Shown: positions 12,563 to 26,493 of the stretch, piece by piece
Position numbering within the stretch: the stretch's first letter is position 1
Layout of the letters: each line of letters opens with the position of its first letter
Assembly: GCA_009914755.4 (NCBI GenBank)
Contig: CP068257.2
Span: 27,104,001 to 27,168,000, forward strand
Length of the DNA stretch: 64,000 nt
Origin: the human T2T-CHM13v2.0 reference genome, Homo sapiens
Direction of reading: 5' to 3'
Notes under the pieces: model-generated
Seen by the model: only the letters and a program-made list of their open reading frames with translations
Database searches by the model: none
Told to the model about the DNA's origin: nothing
Position numbers and translations under genes: made by a program

Positions 12563-15500
12563 TTACATTTTTCCAGAATCCTTAGTGCCTGCAATACTAG
12601 AGCATGTGCTTTCTTGCATATGGCCAGAATAGATCATCTGGCACCTCCCAGAGTTCACCCCTAACTCCCAGGGTCATTATGGGAGCAGAAGGATTGACAT
12701 TCTCAATCATCATTGAAGAAAGGATGCCCCTAAAGAGAAAATAATGCCCAGTACATCATAAATCCTACCTCAGCTTTTAAGGCAGGTGATTTGAATCCTC
12801 AGCAGTAACTTCATCTCTAAGGGTAGCCATTTACAAATCTGAGAGTTAGCCATATACAGTAATGTGAAAAGAAACACCTTTCACAAAACAGCACTATTTC
12901 GGAAAAAGAATTTATTCTGCTTAGTTTTATGAAATTCTTTTCTATAACCTACCTATCTACTATTTTTGTCTAGATAGAGATTTGGTCCTTTCAAACACAC
13001 GTGCACACGCAATGCCCTCCTGTCTCCTTTTTTGGGATGCTCCTCCATCTAAAAAGGCAGTGGAATTCCAAAGGTTACTAAATATACTCTGGCTTTTTCA
13101 TGGCGTGCAATAATAAAATAATGCTCTCTTTTCATCTGTTTTTGTCTTTTTAGGTAAAAGTATTTTTTCAGGAAGGAACTTTCTAAGATCATTCAGTACG
13201 TGTTTGGAGTGAAGCCCTGTTCATTTTCATTTCTACAAATCTCATACCAGAAAGATCTAATGCAGCCCCACTCCTATGTGTAGCTTCCATCAGTGTCAAT
13301 GCCAGAGAGGCCCAAGGGCCCCCTCGCACAGTTGAGTATATAACCTCATGAGTCCACAACTTCACTTCCCCGAGTGAAGAGAAGAATGGAAGTGAAGAAA
13401 AGAATGGAAATTCAATCGGTACCAGCAGACTGTCAGTTCCTCCAGTAGCAAACAATAAATGCATCTGAGGAAGTTCTGGTGAACCAATCAACAGGGGGGC
13501 TTTGTTCTGAACTTGGCGGAGCCTACCTCGTGCCTTGTAAATGTCAGTGTGTGTACGTGTGAGGGTCTGACATTACTCAGCAGCACATACCAAAGGCCAG
13601 GAATTTGGCAGAGTGAGGCTGATTACAATGCCTAAAAATATTCTGTTTTATCAAAATCTATTCTGATGCCTTTTAGCATGTGGGCAAAATGCTAGAGCAG
13701 CAGGCTCTTTAGGAAGCGGAAATTCTGAGAGGCGTTCCAAATATCCAAAACGACACAACCTCATTGTGTAAGAAGTAACCCTTCAGCTTAAATTCTTGTT
13801 GTTTGTCTATTTTTATCTCAACAGAATTTTTTTTTGTAAACCATGTAAGGCAATGATCTCTCCTTTGTAAACATTTATAAAATGTAATATAATTTATTTA
13901 ACAAATAATTATTGAGAGCCTATTATACACAAGGCACTTTGTTGGGCTTAACAGGGACTATAAGGTCAAATAAAAAACTGTTCTTATTTTTAATGTGCCT
14001 GCAATAAGAAAAGCGTTAAGACCTTTCCTGAGAATGAGCTGCTCTGGGCAAGGCAAACTGTGATCCAGGCTTTAGAAGAGGCAAGAAGCAAGAGCTAGGG
14101 AGAAACGGACAAGGGAGGAATTAATTTTCTGCTAAGAACTGGCAAAGGCTTCTTGAGGGTTGTGGCATTTTGATGTGGGCCTTTCAGAGTAGATAGAGTT
14201 GGCCAGGCAGAGCTGAGGAGTGCTCTAGGCAAAGGCAGCAGCATGGGTGTGTGCAGAGATGGGAAGTCCAGGGCAGTAGAAGAATTCGTGTGAGGTCTTC
14301 AGAGGTCTTCATCATCACCAGGGATAGGATTTTTCCAAAATGAGAAGGCTAATGGCACCTAGAAAATGTACTACAGTGCGGTAGACTCTAAACAAAAGGA
14401 AGGGTATCATTTCTGTGAAACTGCCAAAGCCACAAGAGTGATAAATTAGGCCGGAGGGAGGCAAGGCTTAATCCTCATTTGTTGAACATGTTAAAAACAT
14501 GTGTGTCCACCACGTACATGTACACACAAACACACTCTAGGCACGCCACCTTATAGCAATTCTTCCTTTTTCAGCAACTGATGTACTCTTTGTCCTGGGT
14601 TTTAGTTTAGGTAGCTCCCTCTCATTACAGATTGACCAAGAAGCTGCAACTTATGTTTCTACCATAGAGTTTGTGGGAGTAAATACAAGAGGTGTGATGT
14701 CTATCTTCTGTGGGAAGAGCTCTGGAAGGCTTGCTCAGGAATCACCTTTATGTTTACCTGTAAACTGATACTTAAAGAATAATTGTCTAGCAATTGTGAG
14801 GAAGACTGATTGCCAAGTTATGACACTACCAGATAGAGCCAGCCAGGTGCTACTGCATAGCCATTCAACAAACAGTTACTCAGTGCTCACTGTCTACACA
14901 GGTATGAGGCGATGAAAATTGTGCCTGAGAAATGCCTAATAAGACAGAAATAAGAGCAACGCCATTTCTGTGTGTGAGAGAACAGGACTGGTCAATCTAC
15001 TGATGGATTGCAGTCTCTCTCTTATACCCAGATGCCTATATGCATATACCCTTATACCTATATGCACGAAGAAGAGCTAGAAATAAAGGATATATTCTAG
15101 CACAAAAGGTATATTGAACCAAACATTAAAATATATGTGTGAGCCCAATTTTCACATTTCTAAGGCCAGAATTGTAGCAGCTGAAGTCAAGTAACTTCTG
15201 ATCATCGGCACAGTTTTCATGAGTGTTCTCCATAACTCCCTAACTCAAGAAGACAGACACAAGGCCAGTTCTGGCATTTGGTTCATTACCAGTGGCCACA
15301 GATATACTTTGTTTTTCCGAGCAACAGGTGAGTTGTTCAACCATGCATTCCCTATGAACTGTGCATCTGTCTACCCTGGGGCCACCTAATGTCACAACCA
15401 ACCAACCTTAGCCAACAGCACCACTGATGGCTAAACCACTTAGTGGTTTAACTTCCAATCTCTTCCTCACTGCACCTTCCTACAGAGGCAGATCATGCAT

Positions 15501-18500
15501 ATACCATGTGCCCAGTTTTTCTGTCTTTCCCCACCCTCTAGCCATTTACTGTCACTTCAGGCGGCCTTTTTTCACACTTCACTCTCTACTTCATTCCATG
15601 TAGAAAATGATCTCAGGAAAATCTCCATCCATTCCAACCATAAACCAAAAATTTATTTTATTCTTTAGCTCCTATTTGAGTCTCACCTTGTATTATAAAA
15701 CACATTAAATATGTATCATTTCACTTGATTCTCCAAACAACCTTGTGAGATAGATATCACTTATCACAATTTACAGAGAAGACAAGTGCCTTTTGCCAGA
15801 GAGTTTAGCTAGTAAGTGAAAGAACAGGTCTACAAACCAAGGCCTCTTGATTCCCAAACACTTTGTCCTTCTAGGGTAAAACAATAGTACTAATGGTTCA
15901 CCTGCTATAAATAAGAAAGGAGAATTTTTACATTTTGACATGAAATTAACATAAGAAACCAAAACTTCCAACAGCAATATCATGTAAAACTATTCAGAAG
16001 TCTCCTTCAGCATCTAGACAATGTTCTGACTTAGATAGCTTTTTCTCAAGAAGGGTGTCTAAGATTGATGTAATCAATGCTATTTTCTACTTATGGTAAA
16101 TAATTCACTTAATAACTTTTGTTCTATCATTCATTGCAAATACAATATTTTAGTTTCATCATGTTGTACATGGAATAGCCTGGATAGTTAGTATTGCTTT
16201 GAACTCTACTACACATACTGCTATTCTTGCATTAATTTATTCAGCAAATGTCTATTAAATATTTTCTATAGTAAAGATGCTACACCGTACAGTATTAGGA
16301 ATATCAAATTATGCCAGCACACTCTAAGTCGATCTATTTATAAGGTGTCATCCATGCTTAATTCAGGTATCATGTAAGTGATTCAAACTAAATGACAGGA
16401 ATGAAGAGAACCCAATTATGGTTAAATTTTTTAAATAATAAAACCAATTGGCACATTTTTATGTATTTATAAGAATATTTCATACCATGGGAGCAGAATG
16501 GAGGAAAAGATGAAAGGGAAACAAATTTTAGTTTGTTTCCTTAAAGAAATATATGTTAGATTTTCTCATTCCTGCCTGCCCCATTCCTCTGTCTGCTGAA
16601 CAGAATCAATGATAGCAGCAGCCGAGATCCCAGTGGACCCTCTGGCCAAATGCAGCTGCATGAGTAAGCCCAGGTAAAGACAACAAAGGAACTCCCCTGC
16701 CCAAATACAGATGTGTTAGTTTTAAATTGTTTAATTTAACTTTGTTGTTTAAATTTGTTGTTGTTAAATCACTGTTGTCTGCAGATGAGAAGTTGCAGGG
16801 TAGTTTGCTACACAACAATCGACAGCAGATAGAACAAAACAGAATTCCCTAAAGACTGCAGGGCCAGAAGAAAGAATTGAGTTGGTCAGGACAAAAGAGT
16901 GGATAACAGTACTGACTAGGATAAGCGTAGACGTAAGGCCAAGAGGGGGTTTCCATGAAGGAGTGTGAGGAGGGCATTCTGGGACAGCAGAAACAGAGTT
17001 TGTTCAGGAGCTTTTCCTGGGTATAAGAGACAGACTGCAACCAGAGGAAATACAGCAGATAAGGCTATGCATTAGGAATGAATTTCTCCATTCCATCATT
17101 TTCTCAGTAAACTGAGTAAAGATCTCAATTGCTTTCAATTGTTTATTATAAATGAAAATTTGCTTTGAGATTCATTTTAAATATGCATTCTCAGTAATTC
17201 TTTTTACTTTAGGGGCAGAGGATGTATAACGGATGATTTTCCTCTTAGCCATATGGAAGAGTTGGACAAATAAACTAAGTAAGATTCTAAGAAGAAGGAA
17301 GATTAAATACAGCTAGATTGTGATCCTAAGACAAAAATGAAGGAGCTAAGGCATGCAGACTAGCTGGTCAGTTATTTGCTGACACCTTAGTATTCTAGTG
17401 TAGATGGAAGACTGAATAGGAGGCCAAGAAAACAACAGAACAAGAAAGGCAGGAGCCATGATTAAGAATGAGTTGCTCTGTGCAATCATGTTGGGCGGGA
17501 CAAAAAGAGAAAGTCAATTTTTGGACTTAAGAACTAGAAATTAAGAGGCAAATATGATCATAGCAAAGGAGTAAAAGTAGAAAGGAATCTGGAAAAGACA
17601 AAAAGGAAGTTGGTCACAACACTAACTCATCCATCGCAGAGAACCAGAGGAGTTGGCAGCAGATGAGGGAAAGGAAATCCGTGTGGCAGTGAGGAGCTCA
17701 GCAACTGGCACAAGAGAGAACTATGAAGTTGGAGAAAACTAAGTTAGGAAGGGCAACGAGCAGAAGAGAAGATGACTAAGAAGAGAAATTCTTAATAGTA
17801 AGGCAACAAGAATAAAACCAACGTGCTCTTAATAATATGTGTGTTGCATTGTATTAAATTCTTTGGAACACTTCCCATGAAACCCGATCCTCAGGCATGA
17901 AAATAACATGTCAAACCTCCCCATGACAGGTTACCTAAAAATAACTTCCAGGTACCAGGGGAAGCTGGTGAATAGGCTGGAGCTCAGTGATTTGTGGATC
18001 TAGATAGGCTTTTTAGATCCAGAAAGTACACAATCCAGCAATTCATTCCAAGTTAGAGAAGTATGTATGCCTGCTGCGGCCCCTCTCCAGGGCTACCAAT
18101 GTCTGCTGCACTCTCACTCCTGGTAGTCAGCTGAGTAGTCTGGCATAGCTGGTTTTCAAAATGCAATTGTCACAATAAATGGATAGGTGCCCTCTGATGT
18201 CCCTTTGAGATCCAAAGTCCTAGGATCAGGGCCAGCTTTCTGGGCATGCAATCTGTGCATTTGCACAAGGCTCTGTGCTCCAGTGGGTCCTGCACTTGGT
18301 TTAATGCTCAGCTGCTACCATCTTAAAATTCTTGACAGTTTATTAGCAAGATCCCAGCATTTTCATCTTGCACTGTGCCCAAGGGCATGGGAACCCACCT
18401 CTTGCATCAGTGTGACCTGGATGTGAGACATGGAGTCAAAGGAGCTCATTTTGGAGCTTTACGATTTGACTGCCCCACTGGATTTCAGACTTGCATGGGG

Positions 18501-18699
18501 CCTGTAGTCCCTTTGTTTTGGCCAATTTCTCCCATTTGGAACAGCTGTATTTCCCAATGCCTGTACCCCCACTGTCTCTAAAATGTAACTAACTTGCTTT
18601 TGATTTTACAGGCTCATCGGCAGAAGGGACTTGCCTTGTCTTTGGTATGACTTTGGACTGTGGACTTTTGAGTTAATGCTAAAATTAGTTAAGACTTGG

Positions 18700-19103
18700 T
18701 GGGACTGTTGAGAAGGCATGATTGATTCTGAAATGTGAGGACATGAGATTTGGGAGGGGCCGGGGGTGGAATCTCATCTTGAATTGTAGCTCCCATAATT
18801 CTCACATGTTGTGGGAAGGACCCAATGGGAGATAACTGAATCATGGGGCAGTTTCCCCCACACTGTTCTAATGATAGTGAATAAGTCTCATGAGATCTGA
18901 TGGTTTTGTAAGGGATTTCCTCTTTTACTTGGCTTTCATTCTCTCTTGTCTGCCACCATGTAGGACATGCCTTTCGCCTTCCACCATGATTGTGAGGCCT
19001 CCCCAGCCACGTGGAACTGTGAGTCCCTTAAACCTCTTTTTCTTTATAAATTACCCAGTCTCGGATATGTCTTTATCAGCAGTGTCAAAACAGTTTACTA
19101 CAC
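18700..19103 (+). mobile_element. MaLR LTR of THE1/MST type (probably the 3' LTR of a 5'-truncated element whose internal region extends upstream to ~18000)
   Basis: …attctgaaatgtgaggacatgagatttgggaggggccgggggtggaatctcatcttgaattgtagctcccataattctcacatgttgtgggaaggacccaatgggagataactgaatcatgggg…ccaccatgattgtgaggcctccccagccacgtggaactgtgagtcccttaaacctctttttctttataaattacccagtctcggatatgtctttatcagcagtgtcaaaacagtttactacac. The upstream ~700 bp resembles THE1/MST internal sequence. Confidence 0.75.
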
Positions 19104-21747
19104 ACTGAACATGACAAATTATGTAACTGGTCCTGCCTGGGATCTGTGTCCTGCACTAAAACTGAACAAGGACTGAATTGCCATCACTTGTGGGATATTT
19201 TCTGGACTTCTTTCCTTACAGTACAAAGTACCACACCAAATGTATAAAATCTCACAATGCAGCAATTGTCCAAGGCATCTTACTGCTTCTATCTTGACTG
19301 TGAAGAAGAGGGTACAATAACAACTCCCAACTCTCAGGGTGAGAAGGATGATTGAAAAGGAAATCCCTGTAGATGGATGAGATTTTTGGTGATCTCTGAA
19401 AGTTTCAATTAGGCTTTGCAGCATATTTCTAGAGTCAATTATCAGGAATATCAAGCCCATGCTATATCAAGGCCTTCATCACTTTCTAGATTCAACAAAC
19501 TTTTTCCATAAATGGCTATAGAGTAAAATTTTAGGCTTTGTGGCACATGTGATCTTTGCTGCAGTGACAATGTGAAAGCAGACATAGACAATACCTAAAC
19601 AGTTATGTCTGTATTCTGTTAAAAATTTAATTGCACAACCCAGGTACCAAGGACATTAACACTGGAAAAGAAACTTTTATACAGATTACAGACTTCCTAT
19701 AAATTTTGTAAATTGTTTTGACTGTATCCATTAGTTACAAAATAATATCCAATATCACATATAGCATTAACTCAACATAACTCTTTGGTTCCCTTTAATC
19801 TTGAACACTTTCCGTATCATTCTTTATATTTATGACATTGATATTTTTAGAGGATAGTCATTTATTTTGTACACTGTCCCATCTTATGATGGCCCCTTCA
19901 TTTTTGACATGGGTAATTTGTGTTTTTGATCAAAGTCCAATCCTGCCAGATATACACTGAATTAACAGTGTTTTGACAAAGCCAACATTTGGTCTTCATT
20001 CTGTTTCACATTTGTTTTCTATTTCAATAATTTCTACTGTGTGTTTATTGTTTCTTTCTACTTTATTCGGGGATAATCCAGTCTTTCCCTTTCAAACATA
20101 TACAGATTTACCTTTTGTCATAGATCTATTCATTTATTATTGAGTTTATGTTATTATTTATTTTCACCTTAAATTATACATAATCAGAAAAAAATAATTC
20201 CAGTGATTTTATTACTGTTTTGCTTTGTTCTGAGGGGACTTCTTTTATGGCCCAGTATATGATTATTTTTGAAAAATGTGATGTTCAACAAATATAAGTT
20301 AGCTGAAACTTATTGACTGAGGTTTTTTGAATCATCTATGTCCTTCAAGAATCAGTTCATAAGAAATGGACCCTGAAGAATTTAGGTATAAATGGGCACC
20401 ATATTTGCAACTTACTTTTTAACAATTCAGCGAAAAAAATATATATATGCATGTGTTTATTTCATTATTTTACACTATTTTAAAAACTTTTCTGTGAGTA
20501 AGAAATTATCCAAAATGTTTAAAAGTAAAGCCAAAAAATTAATATTAAAAATATTTTTAATTGCAAGGACCTGTGTTGAGCAGGATTTGGCCCATGAGTC
20601 AAAATTTGCCAACCCTGCTGTAGAGAAAGGAGGCATCTCATTGTATCATAGATTACAGTAAAAATCGGATGACCTGAAGTTTATTCCCTTGGTTACCTGT
20701 GTCACATAACTCAGACTGAGTCCTTTCTTCACTCGGTGTCTCAGTTTCTCTATCTGCTCTACAAAGCTTTTTTTTTTTTTCAATTTAGTATTAAATATAT
20801 GGGAAGCCTTAGGAAAACTGTATAAACTGGCCTGGGAAGGGTTACTGGTCTCTCTTCATTCTGTCTCCTCCCCCATTTGCCACATACAATGCACTAAAAT
20901 GCCTTATAAAATGAAATGGAGGGAAGACACAGAGAAGGCACGCAACAGGTTGAATAAATGATGAGGCATCAAGAAGATGAAAAGCAGCAGGATCTTTGAA
21001 GGAAAGATGTAGACCATAAAATGGGGCAGCAAATTGAAAAGACGAAGATTGGAATGAAAAGAGTTTGAAGCCAAACCACAGAGAATTCAACCCAATGAGA
21101 TCACTAGACTGAGGTAGGAAAAGAAACATCATGATATACTTCCAAATGTGTTTCCAGTCTCTGCTCATTAGGAATAAAATCTCTACCATTGTGTATTCCT
21201 TACACCCACAGATAATTTGATACCCACTCTGGGGTAAATCTGAATATCTTAGCTTTCCCTAAGAAAAGACGTTGCCCTCAGATTGCTGACAACCTGCAGA
21301 AATTCACACAAGAAGAGAGGAATGCTGCCTGGGTGTTGACTCCTGGAGATGCTGTCTCTAGCACATTATGTTTCACAGCATTTATTAATACCATTATTGG
21401 CCCAAGTTACCCACATCACTTGCTATTCCTGTAATCCTTTAAAGGCTTGCACAAGGAAACAAAGAACATACCCATGGATATTTTTTAAATGCCTACAATA
21501 TTTTCTGCTTGACATATGAAGGTTATCCAAACCATGGTCTACATTAAAAACAAATAAAGCTGAGTCTCACCTTATTTATTTATATCCAGCCCACTATAAA
21601 AACAAGGCCTCTCTCACCTGTCTCACATTGTTGGGGTTGAAAGGGTCACCAAAAATCACTGAATGTGAAAAATTAACTCCAGAGAGAGTATGTACTTTGA
21701 CTAATGTTCCAGAACTAAATGGAATTGGTAGCAAGCTGCAATGGTTT

Positions 21748-22072
21748 TAATGTGCCCCACAAAAGTTTATGTGTTGGAAACCTAATCTCTTTGCCCTCAT
21801 GAAAGGAGTAGTGGAATAATGTTGCTATCACTGCAGCGGGTTTATTATTGCAGGAGTGGCTTTGTTTTAAAAGCAAATTCCCTTGGCTCTGTTTTTCTTC
21901 ATCTTTCCCCTTCTACCATGTTATGATGCAGCATGAAGGCCTTCACCAAGTGCAGGTGCCATGCTCTTCCCAGCCTTTAGAACTGTGAGCTGAATAAACT
22001 TCTTTTCTTTATAAATTACTCCATCCGTCATATGGTGTTATAGCAAAAGAGAATGGACTAAGACATGGGACA
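21748..22072 (+). mobile_element. MaLR MLT1-type solo LTR
   Basis: aatgtgccccacaaaagtttatgtgttggaaacctaatc…ccttctaccatgttatgatgcagcatgaaggccttcaccaagtgcaggtgccatgctcttcccagcctttagaactgtgagctgaataaacttcttttctttataaattactc…tatagcaaaagagaatggactaagacat. Confidence 0.7.
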
Positions 22073-22352
22073 AAGATTCAGTAGGCTTATTAAATTATCT
22101 ATGTAACTACAGAGAGCTAGCGAACCAATTTCAGCTTAGGGGAAACAGGAAATTCGGAAACAGGAAGCCCAGAGAAAAATGGCACTGGACTGTGACTCCT
22201 ATTGCCTCAGGTTAGATCATCTGACTTCACAAGGTAAAAGCTTCTGCACACAAACCTGCTTCAGCCCTTTTCCACCAATGGGACACCCTTGCTATGTAGA
22301 GTAGTGCAAAACTCTGTCATTTACTTGTCATGGGACATTGGGTAAGTCACTC

Positions 22353-22757
22353 TGTATTAGTCCATCGTTTTGCTATAAAGAAATACCTGAGGCTGGGTAA
22401 TTTATAAAGAAAAGAGGTTTAATTGGCTTATGGTTCTGCATGCTGTACAAGCATGGCACTGGCATCTTCTCACTTCTGGTGAGGCCTCAGAGAGCTTTTA
22501 CTTATGATGGAAGCTGAAGCAGGAACAAGCATGTCATATGGTGAGAGAGGAAGCAAGAGAGAGAGCAAGAGGAGGAGGTCAGGCTCTTTTAAACAATCAG
22601 CTCTTGCGTGAACTCACTCATCACCAAGGGGATGGTGCTAAGCTCTTCATGAGATCAGACCCCACGATCCAGCGACTTCCCACCAGGCCCCACCTCCAAC
22701 AGTGTGAATCACATTTCAACATGAGATTTGGAGGGGACGGACATCCCAACTATATCA
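22353..22757 (-). mobile_element. MaLR LTR (MST/MLT1-like), reverse orientation
   Basis: tgtattagtccatcgttttgctataaagaaatacctgaggctgggtaatttataaagaaaagaggtttaattggcttatggttctgcatgctgtacaagcatggcactggcatcttctcacttctggtgaggcctcagagagc… …ccacctccaacagtgtgaatcacatttcaacatgagatttggaggggacggacatcccaactatatca is the reverse complement of a THE1/MST-like LTR. Confidence 0.75.
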
Positions 22758-25111
22758 CACGTGAACATTCTCAGCCTCAGCAGTCTTATCAGAAGAATGA
22801 GGATAACCCAGTAAACTCAAGCCTAAGTGATGGAGGTGTGGAAATGCTTGACAGACAGAGTTGTTAAAGGGGAAGCTATGTCATCATAAAAGGGAATGAG
22901 CTGATGACTATGACCATGTTCTTTTCAGGAGACACAGTGAGGTGCACTTAAGCAGATGTGATTGGTGCTTCCAAACCAACTCGTTTGACTGCCAACACCA
23001 ACTACTCTCTTCCTGAGGTGATCTCTGGCCATTGTAGCCCACATGGACCACATGGAGCAGACTAGGGAGTTAATGTATCCCTAGAAGCAGTCCTCAACCG
23101 TGACTGAAAACTCCAGCTTCCTCATCCTGGGATAGGAGCAGGCACAACAACTCTGAAGCATGTTGCATAGTGTCCCCCTGGCAGAACCAAACCTCAGCTG
23201 TACACAGCAGTGACCTACTTAGCATCACACTCTTTAATAGTTTTCTCTTTTTTTCCTAACTCACCTCCCTACTCCCTGCTGCTGTTTCCTGGAAGCACTT
23301 CCCACATAAACTATTTACACTCAAATCCTTATCTTAGAGTCTGTTACTGGGTACTTAGCCAACCTAAGATAGCCAAGTAGAAATACCCAGCAGGTAGTCT
23401 AATATCCAAGTCTGGGAGTTGTGTCAGCAGGACAAACTGTATCTGCAAGTTGTTGTGCATTCATATTTGCTATGTGGAAAAGAGTGGTTAGAGTGAGTTT
23501 AAATAAAAATTTTAAAGTGAGGCAGAAGCTGCTAAGACAAGAGAGAATTTGAGGAAGAAATATTTCCACAGAGGCCCAAAAAATCAGCAAAAGAAGATGA
23601 TAACAAGAACGCCCCTTATAATAAACAAGGAATATAGGAGACAGAAAAAAAAGCTACAATGAAACCTGTTTTACTTCTAGCACACTTATGTCTTATCAGG
23701 ATATACACAGAGAGCACAAACGTCCTATAAAAGATAAAGAAGCATGTCCCTTTGGCAGTCTATCAGTTGCACTCAGCATCTTCAGGAGAGAATAGCGAGG
23801 GCATCTGATTTCCTATCCAGTATTGCCCCCTCCTAGAACTCACAGATGCAAGTTGATAACTCCTTTTTTATAACTTAAGGCTGCAGCTGTCAGGAAAGAG
23901 AGGGAGACAGGCTCAACCACTCTCAGTGGCCAGAAATCAGGTAATGTGATTATTTCACCTCCTTCCACTAGGTATTTCAGCAAATCATAAATGTATAATG
24001 ACAGCTACATTTACTTCTAATTCTGGACATGAGTATTACTAGTTTTTCAGTATTGCTAACTGTCAAGACATACTATAAATTGTCCCCTTGACCCACCTGA
24101 TATTCAAAATATCCTACTGGCATTTAATCTCTTGTGTGATGCTCTCCCCTTGAGTGTAGGCAGGACCTGTGACTTGCTTCTAACCAACTGAGTATGATGA
24201 AGTTGATAGAATATATGTAATTACATTACATAAGATTCTAATGTCTTTCTTGCAAGCAAAGTTTCACCCTTATGGCCTCTGAGGGAGCAAGTGGGTATGT
24301 TGAGAAGAAAGAGTGACCTCCAGCTAACAACCAGCAAGAAATGGAGGCCCTCAACCTAACGTGCCACAAGGAACTGAATTCTACCAACGACCACATGAGC
24401 TTGGAAGCAGATCCTTCCCCAATTGAGTTTCAGGTGAGACTGCAGCTCCATTTAACATTATGGTTTCAGCCTCATGAAGCCAAGGACTAGAAGAGCCAGC
24501 TATGGTACACTCAAACTCCGGATGTACAGAAACTAATAAGTGTGTGTTGGTTTAAACTGCTAAAGGTGAGATGATAAATGTGTGTTGTTTTAAGCTACTA
24601 AGTGTGTGCTAATATTGTTACACAGCAATAGCTAAATAATACGCTAACTATAATCTTGTATTGACTTACTGGCTTTTAGTCCTAAGAATTTTGCTATTTA
24701 TATTGAATACTTTTAAACCAATAAACCATGTGGTTTGCAAATTATTGGATTTGTCATTGCCTTTTTGAAATACAGGCTACCAAATCAGCCAAAAAGTTTC
24801 CACCGACACACAATTCCTTGGGTGAGTGATAAGAGAGACCCTGGTAATAGCCAGATATGAGGAATAACTTGACAAGTCTTACTGTGCCCCTGTAGGTCAG
24901 AATCAACCTCCAAACAGAAGGAAATATTTGGTGCTGTGAGCTCCATTTCCCTCACACTTGAGCTTCAGGAGAAATTTGAGAAAGCCAAGTGTGAGTAATG
25001 ACTAGCTAAAGAGCCATGATTTGCAAATGTTCAACATTATTAATCAACAGGGAAATGCAAATTAAAACCACAATGAGATACCACCATACTCCTGCAAGAA
25101 TGGCCATAATT

Positions 25112-25490
25112 CACATATACACCATGGAATACTATGCAGCCATAAAAAAGAATGAGTTCATGTCCTTTGCAGGGACATGGATGAAGCTGGAAACCATCAT
25201 TCTCAGCAAAGTATCACAAGGACAGAAAAACAAACACCACATGTTCTCACTCATAAGCAGGAATTGAACAATGAGAACACATGGACACAGGGAGGTGAAC
25301 ATCACACACCAGGGCCTGTTGGGGGTTGGAGGACTGGGGGAGGGATAGTGTTAGGAGAAATACCTAATGTAAATGATGAGTTGATGGGTGCAGCAAACCA
25401 ACATGGCACATGTATACCCATGTAACAAACCTGCACATTGTGGACATGTACCCTAGAACTTAAAGTATAATGATTTTTTTTTTTTAAAAA
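25112..25490 (+). mobile_element. Nested younger L1PA-type 3'-end fragment inserted into the outer L1 ORF2, TSD agaatggccataatt
   Basis: cacatatacaccatggaatactatgcagccataaaaaagaatgagttcatgtcctttgcagggacatggatgaagctggaaacc…gggggttggaggactgggggagggatagtgttaggagaaatacctaatgtaaatgatgagttgatgggtgcagcaaaccaacatggcacatgtatacccatgtaacaaacctgcacattgtggacatgtaccctagaacttaaagtataatga plus a T/A tail. It is flanked by agaatggccataatt at 25097-25111 and 25491-25505. The outer L1 ORF2 sequence is continuous across the insert. Confidence 0.85.
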
Positions 25491-26131
25491 AGAATGGCCA
25501 TAATTAAAAAGTCAAAAAACAATAGATATTGGCATGGATACGGTGAAAAGGGAACACTTTTATACTGCTGGTGGGAGTGTAAATTAGTTCAACCACTATG
25601 GAAAACAGTATGAGATGCCTTAAAGAACTAAAAGTAGAACTATCATTTAATCCAGCAATCACACTACTGGCTATCTACCCAAAGGAAAAGAAGACATTAT
25701 ATGAAAAAGACACATGCACACTCATGTTTAAGGCAGCACAGTTCATAGCTGCAAAGATATGGAACCGACCTAAATGCCCATCAACCAACGAATAGATAAA
25801 GAAAATACGGTATATATACACCATGGAATACTACTCAGCCATAAAAAGGAAGGAAATAATGTCTTTTGCAACAACTTGAAGAGAGCTGGAGGCCACTATC
25901 TTAAGTAACTCAGAAATAGAAAACAAAATATTGTATGTTCTCACTTATAAGTGGGAGCTAAGTTATGAGGACACAAAGGCATAAGAACAATATAACGGAC
26001 TTTAGGGACTCAGGGATGAGAAGGTTGGGAGGGGGTGAGGGATAAAAGACTATGTATTGGTTATACTGTACACTGCTTGGGCAATGGGTGGACTAAAATC
26101 TCAGAAGTAACTGCTAAAGAACATATCCAAG

Positions 26132-26493
26132 TGATACGGTTTGGCTGTGACCCCACCCAAATCTCATCTTGAATTTCAATGTGTTGTGGGAGGGACCTGA
26201 TGGGAGGTAATTGAGTCATGGGGCCAGGTCTTTCCCGTGCTGTTCTTGTGATAGTAAATAAGTTTCATGAGATCTGATGGTTATAAAAAGGGGAGTTCCC
26301 CTGCACAAGTGCTCCTCTCTTTGCCTGCCACCATCCATGTAAGATGTGACTTGCTCCTCCTTGCTTTCCACCATGATTGTGAGGCTTCCCCAGCCACATG
26401 GAACTGTACGTAAGTCCAATTAAACCTCTTTCTTTTGTATATTGCCAGTCTCGGGTATGTCTTTTTCAGCAGCATGAAAACAGACTAATACAC
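26132..26493 (+). mobile_element. THE1-type (MaLR) solo LTR nested in the 3'UTR of the outer L1
   Basis: tgatacggtttggctgtgaccccacccaaatctcatcttgaatttcaatgtgttgtgggagggacctgatgggaggtaattgagtcatggggccaggtctttcccgtgctgttcttgtgatagtaaataagtttcatgagatctgatggttataaaaaggggagttcccctgcacaag…ccaccatgattgtgaggcttccccagccacatggaactgtacgtaagtccaattaaacctctttcttttgtatattgccagtctcgggtatgtctttttcagcagcatgaaaacagactaatacac. The L1 tail continues immediately afterwards. Confidence 0.9.

Noticed and set aside
16604-16673. Possible metallothionein-like exon (DP…CSC motif)
   Set aside because: There is no ATG (GTG instead), only two Cys in 22 residues, and the motif does not match the 9-aa exon-1 structure of MT genes. 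The surrounding sequence is AT-rich and repeat-dense, unlike the compact GC-rich MT cluster. It is kept only as a weak generic candidate exon in the findings.
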